Origin: Kofleriaceae bacterium
Lineage (GTDB): Bacteria; Myxococcota_A; Polyangia; Haliangiales; Haliangiaceae
Assembly: GCA_965215005.1 (NCBI GenBank)
Contig: CBDCCZ010000027.1
Span: 1 to 64,000 of the forward strand
Direction of reading: 5' to 3'
DNA length: 64,000 nt
Shown here: positions 60,996 through 64,000 of the stretch, one piece after another
Layout: every line of letters begins with the position of its first letter
Position numbering within the stretch: position 1 is the first letter of the stretch
The notes under the pieces: model-generated
Seen by the model: the letters and a program-made list of their open reading frames with translations, nothing else
What the model was told of the DNA's origin: nothing
Databases searched by the model: none
Made by a program: the position numbers and the translations under genes

Positions 60996-61892
60996 ATGGC
61001 GCGGGTGCTGCGTTTGCCGGACCACGGCCGGCTGCTCGTTTGCACCGACCTGCAGGGGTGCCTGCGCGATTACCTGCGCATGGTCGAGCTATTCGAGGAA
61101 GCGCTGATCCGCAGCGACGGCGACGCCCATCTATTGTTCACGGGCGACCTCATTCACGGGCCGCACATTCCGCGACAGGACTGGCCCGAGTTCCTTGGTG
61201 AGTACTATTGCGATGAGAGTGGCGAGCTCATCGCGCGCTTCCAGGCGCTATCGCGGACCCACCCGGGTCGGGTGCACGCGCTGCTCGGCAACCACGAGCA
61301 CGGCCACGTCGGCGGGCCGCATACCGCCAAATTTGCCTTCGATGAGGTCCTGCTCCTCGAAGATCAGCTCGGTCCCAAGGGCGCCAAGCACCTTCGGCAA
61401 GTGCTGCGTACCTTCGCGCTGGCGGCGGTGGCGCCGTGCGGGGCCGTGTTCACGCACGGCGCCCCTGCGGCCGAAATCGACTCCATCGCCGATGTCGAGA
61501 ACGTCGGCTTGGAGGTCGAGGACGTAGAAAGCCCCGTCGACATCCTCGATACACCGGTGGTCGGCCCCATTCTGTGGGCGCGGTCGGCGCCGCCCGACGT
61601 CGCCCGCCGCTTCGTGACCGCCATGGGCGGCTCGATCAGCATCTACGGCCACGACGTCATTCCCGAGGGATTCGAGCGGATCGGCGATGAGCAAATCGTC
61701 GTGTCCACCAGCTTTGGCGTCTTCGATTCCAACAAGGTCTACCTCGAGCTCGACCTCGGTGGCCACTACGCCACTGTCTATGATCTCCACGTCGCGCGGG
61801 AGATCCTGCCGCTGTACCCCAACGAAGCGCCTGAGCATCTGGGCGGCTTGGGCACCGCGATTCATTTACCCGAAGACGCGACTGACCCTTGA
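60996..61892 (+). CDS. Calcineurin-like metallophosphoesterase
   Basis: TDLQG, TGDLIHG, LLGNHE, FTHGAP, YGHD. Confidence 0.85.
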   Translation: MARVLRLPDHGRLLVCTDLQGCLRDYLRMVELFEEALIRSDGDAHLLFTGDLIHGPHIPRQDWPEFLGEYYCDESGELIARFQALSRTHPGRVHALLGNHEHGHVGGPHTAKFAFDEVLLLEDQLGPKGAKHLRQVLRTFALAAVAPCGAVFTHGAPAAEIDSIADVENVGLEVEDVESPVDILDTPVVGPILWARSAPPDVARRFVTAMGGSISIYGHDVIPEGFERIGDEQIVVSTSFGVFDSNKVYLELDLGGHYATVYDLHVAREILPLYPNEAPEHLGGLGTAIHLPEDATDP

Positions 61893-61916
61893 CCCGTCCC
61901 GACAAATGGCTAGATT
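61889..61916 (+). promoter_or_regulatory. Putative sigma70 promoter of rpmE
   Basis: TTGACC-N16-TAGATT. Confidence 0.3.
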
Positions 61917-61981
61917 CGTGGGTCCCATTTTGCTACACATCGCCGTCCCGTTGCATTGACGGCGTCAGCGAGGTCCACGCC

Positions 61982-62236
61982 ATGAAGGCCACAGCGAATC
62001 ATCCAGATTATCGTCCCTCCACCATTACCTGCGCCTGCGGCGCCGAGCACGGCACGTTCTCGACCCGCGGCGATTTCGCCATCGATATCTGTTCGGCCTG
62101 CCATCCCTTCTTCACCGGCAAGCAGAAGCTGATCGATACCGCTGGACGCATCGAGCGCTTCAATAAGAAGTACGCCCGCAGCGGCCAAGCTGCCGCCACC
62201 GAGGGCGCCGCCGACTCCGACAAACCCGCCGGGTAG
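61982..62236 (+). CDS. rpmE: 50S ribosomal protein L31 (Zn-binding type)
   Basis: [37 protein letters not shown]. Confidence 0.96.
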   Translation: MKATANHPDYRPSTITCACGAEHGTFSTRGDFAIDICSACHPFFTGKQKLIDTAGRIERFNKKYARSGQAAATEGAADSDKPAG

Positions 62237-62421
62237 CCCGCCCTTCTAGCGCGGCCCGCCACGACGTCCTTCTTAGGCGCGCGTGGCGCCGCGGCATGAC
62301 GCGATGCATCGCTGCAGCGACCGACAACGCGTCAGCACGTGGTCGCAGCAGTTTCCGGCTGATCGCCTGAGGTCGCCAGTATCGCAACCCCTCCGATTCG
62401 GGCAAAATCCTGCCGATCGCC

Positions 62422-63510
62422 ATGTTCGACGAGAAAAACTTTCACGCAAAGATGGAGACGCTCGAGCGCCGGTACGACGAGGTTTCAAACCTCCTCGGCC
62501 AGCCTGAGGTCATCAGCAAGCGCTCCGAGTTCACCAAGCTCTCCAAGGAGCACGCCGAGCTCTCCGAGCTGGTCGAGGCCTGGCGCGACTACAACAAGCT
62601 TCGCGGCGAGCTAGCCGATGCGCGCGCCATCATCGACAACGAGAGCGATCCCGACATGCGCGAGCTCGCGCGCGAAGAGCTGCGCAGCCTCGAAGATCGC
62701 GAAGAAGGCTGCGAGCAGCGCATCAAGCTGCTGCTCTTGCCCAAGGATCCCAACGACGCCAAGAACATCATCCTCGAGCTGCGCGCTGGCACCGGCGGCG
62801 ATGAGGCCGCGCTGTTTGCCGGCGACTTGTTCCGCATGTATATGCGGTACGCCGAGCGAGTCGGCTGGCGAGCCGAGGTGATGAGCATGTCGGAAGGCAC
62901 CGCCGGCGGCATGAAAGAAGCCATCGTCCTCATCGAAGGCAAAGACGTTTATTCGCGGCTCAAGTTCGAATCGGGCGTGCATCGCGTGCAGCGAGTCCCC
63001 GCCACCGAAGCCTCCGGTCGAATCCATACCTCCGCCGCCACGGTTGCGGTCATGCCCGAGGCCGAAGAGGTCGACGTCAAAGTCGATGAGAAGGAGCTGC
63101 GCATCGACGTGTTCCGATCGAGTGGCCCCGGCGGCCAGTCGGTCAACACCACCGACTCGGCGGTACGCATCACTCACATCCCCAGCGGCACGATGGTCGT
63201 CTGCCAGGACGAAAAGAGCCAACACAAGAACAAGGCCAAGGCGATGCGCATCCTGCGCTCGCGCCTTCTGGATCTCGAGATCGCCAAGCACGAAGCCGTC
63301 GAACGCGAGCAGCGACGTGCCATGGTCAAGAGCGGTGATCGCTCCGACAAGATTCGCACCTACAACTTTCCGCAAGACCGGGTGACCGATCACCGCATCG
63401 GCCTCACCAAGCACAACCTCGACGCGATCCTCGACGGCGAGCTGAGCGACATCATCGATGCGCTGCGCGCCCACGATCAAGCCGCCCTCCTCGAGGCGCA
63501 GGCTCACTGA
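62422..63510 (+). CDS. prfA: Peptide chain release factor 1
   Basis: [19 protein letters not shown] (PxT), [17 protein letters not shown]. Confidence 0.96.
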   Translation: MFDEKNFHAKMETLERRYDEVSNLLGQPEVISKRSEFTKLSKEHAELSELVEAWRDYNKLRGELADARAIIDNESDPDMRELAREELRSLEDREEGCEQRIKLLLLPKDPNDAKNIILELRAGTGGDEAALFAGDLFRMYMRYAERVGWRAEVMSMSEGTAGGMKEAIVLIEGKDVYSRLKFESGVHRVQRVPATEASGRIHTSAATVAVMPEAEEVDVKVDEKELRIDVFRSSGPGGQSVNTTDSAVRITHIPSGTMVVCQDEKSQHKNKAKAMRILRSRLLDLEIAKHEAVEREQRRAMVKSGDRSDKIRTYNFPQDRVTDHRIGLTKHNLDAILDGELSDIIDALRAHDQAALLEAQAH

Positions 63511-63528
63511 TCCAAGTCGTAGGCAGCC

Positions 63529-64000
63529 TTGCTCATCTCGCGGGGATGCAGCAGCGAATCGCTGGTGTCACGGTCCCACGCACAGCCGCGGTGGCAGCCC
63601 GCAGCAACGGTTCTCGCGCTGGTGGTAATCGGCTGCCCATCCGCCGCGCCGGAACGAGCCAGCCCACCAACTCGCTGCAGCGACGACCTTGGCGGCCTCT
63701 GGAGCGATGAGGAAGGCCGGCAATGGCATGCACGCGACGTGGGCAAGGCCATCGAGTTGGCGCCGATGTTCGACGACGCGGAGCCAGCCGCCAGCGCTCG
63801 CCGCGCTGCCGACCGCTTTTTCAGCGCGCGGGTAATCGAGCTGGCCCGCAGCGACCGGCCAGAGGTGGTAATCGGCCGGGTTCGGCGTCGCGTTCGTGAC
63901 CGCGGCGGCCACGACTGCGAGCTCGCCGCGGCCGCCGCCCTCCTCTCCTGCGACGGCGCGCTGCAGCTTCGCGTGCAGCCGCAGGAGCTGCTCACCCGCC
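63529..64000 (+). CDS. Hypothetical secreted protein or lipoprotein, truncated by the window end (start uncertain)
   Basis: Open frame to the end with VLALVVIGC and CSDDLGGLW..WHARD..ELAPMFDD. Confidence 0.45.
   Translation, partial: MLISRGCSSESLVSRSHAQPRWQPAATVLALVVIGCPSAAPERASPPTRCSDDLGGLWSDEEGRQWHARDVGKAIELAPMFDDAEPAASARRAADRFFSARVIELARSDRPEVVIGRVRRRVRDRGGHDCELAAAAALLSCDGALQLRVQPQELLTR

Overview
High-GC bacterial DNA. From about 1.5 kb onward the gene content points to a myxobacterium (Myxococcota): pilB-pilT-pilC-pilS, a eukaryote-like Ser/Thr kinase, TPR/beta-barrel proteins, and core genes rpoZ, miaB, cyaY, ribF, dapA, dapB, rho, rpmE and prfA. Bases 1-1500 differ in composition, are heavily frameshifted and meet the rest at a point where genes on both sides are truncated, so they are probably a chimeric or low-quality contig end. 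The main accessory element (about 7.6-20.5 kb) is a polymorphic toxin island. It carries a ~2340-aa Rhs/YD protein with an N-terminal lipobox-like signal, SpvB/TcB-like and FG-GAP regions, an Rhs core ending in DPTG, a hydrophobic linker, a HINT domain and a short toxin tip. Downstream lie its immunity gene and three orphan toxin-tip/immunity pairs, one preceded by a 400-bp near-perfect copy of the linker and one not visible in the ORF track. The island ends in a decayed second HINT copy and IS66-like and IS3-like remnants. A second accessory block (38.6-45.5 kb) encodes glycan-tailoring enzymes. All family assignments come from motif recognition by eye; no database search was run.
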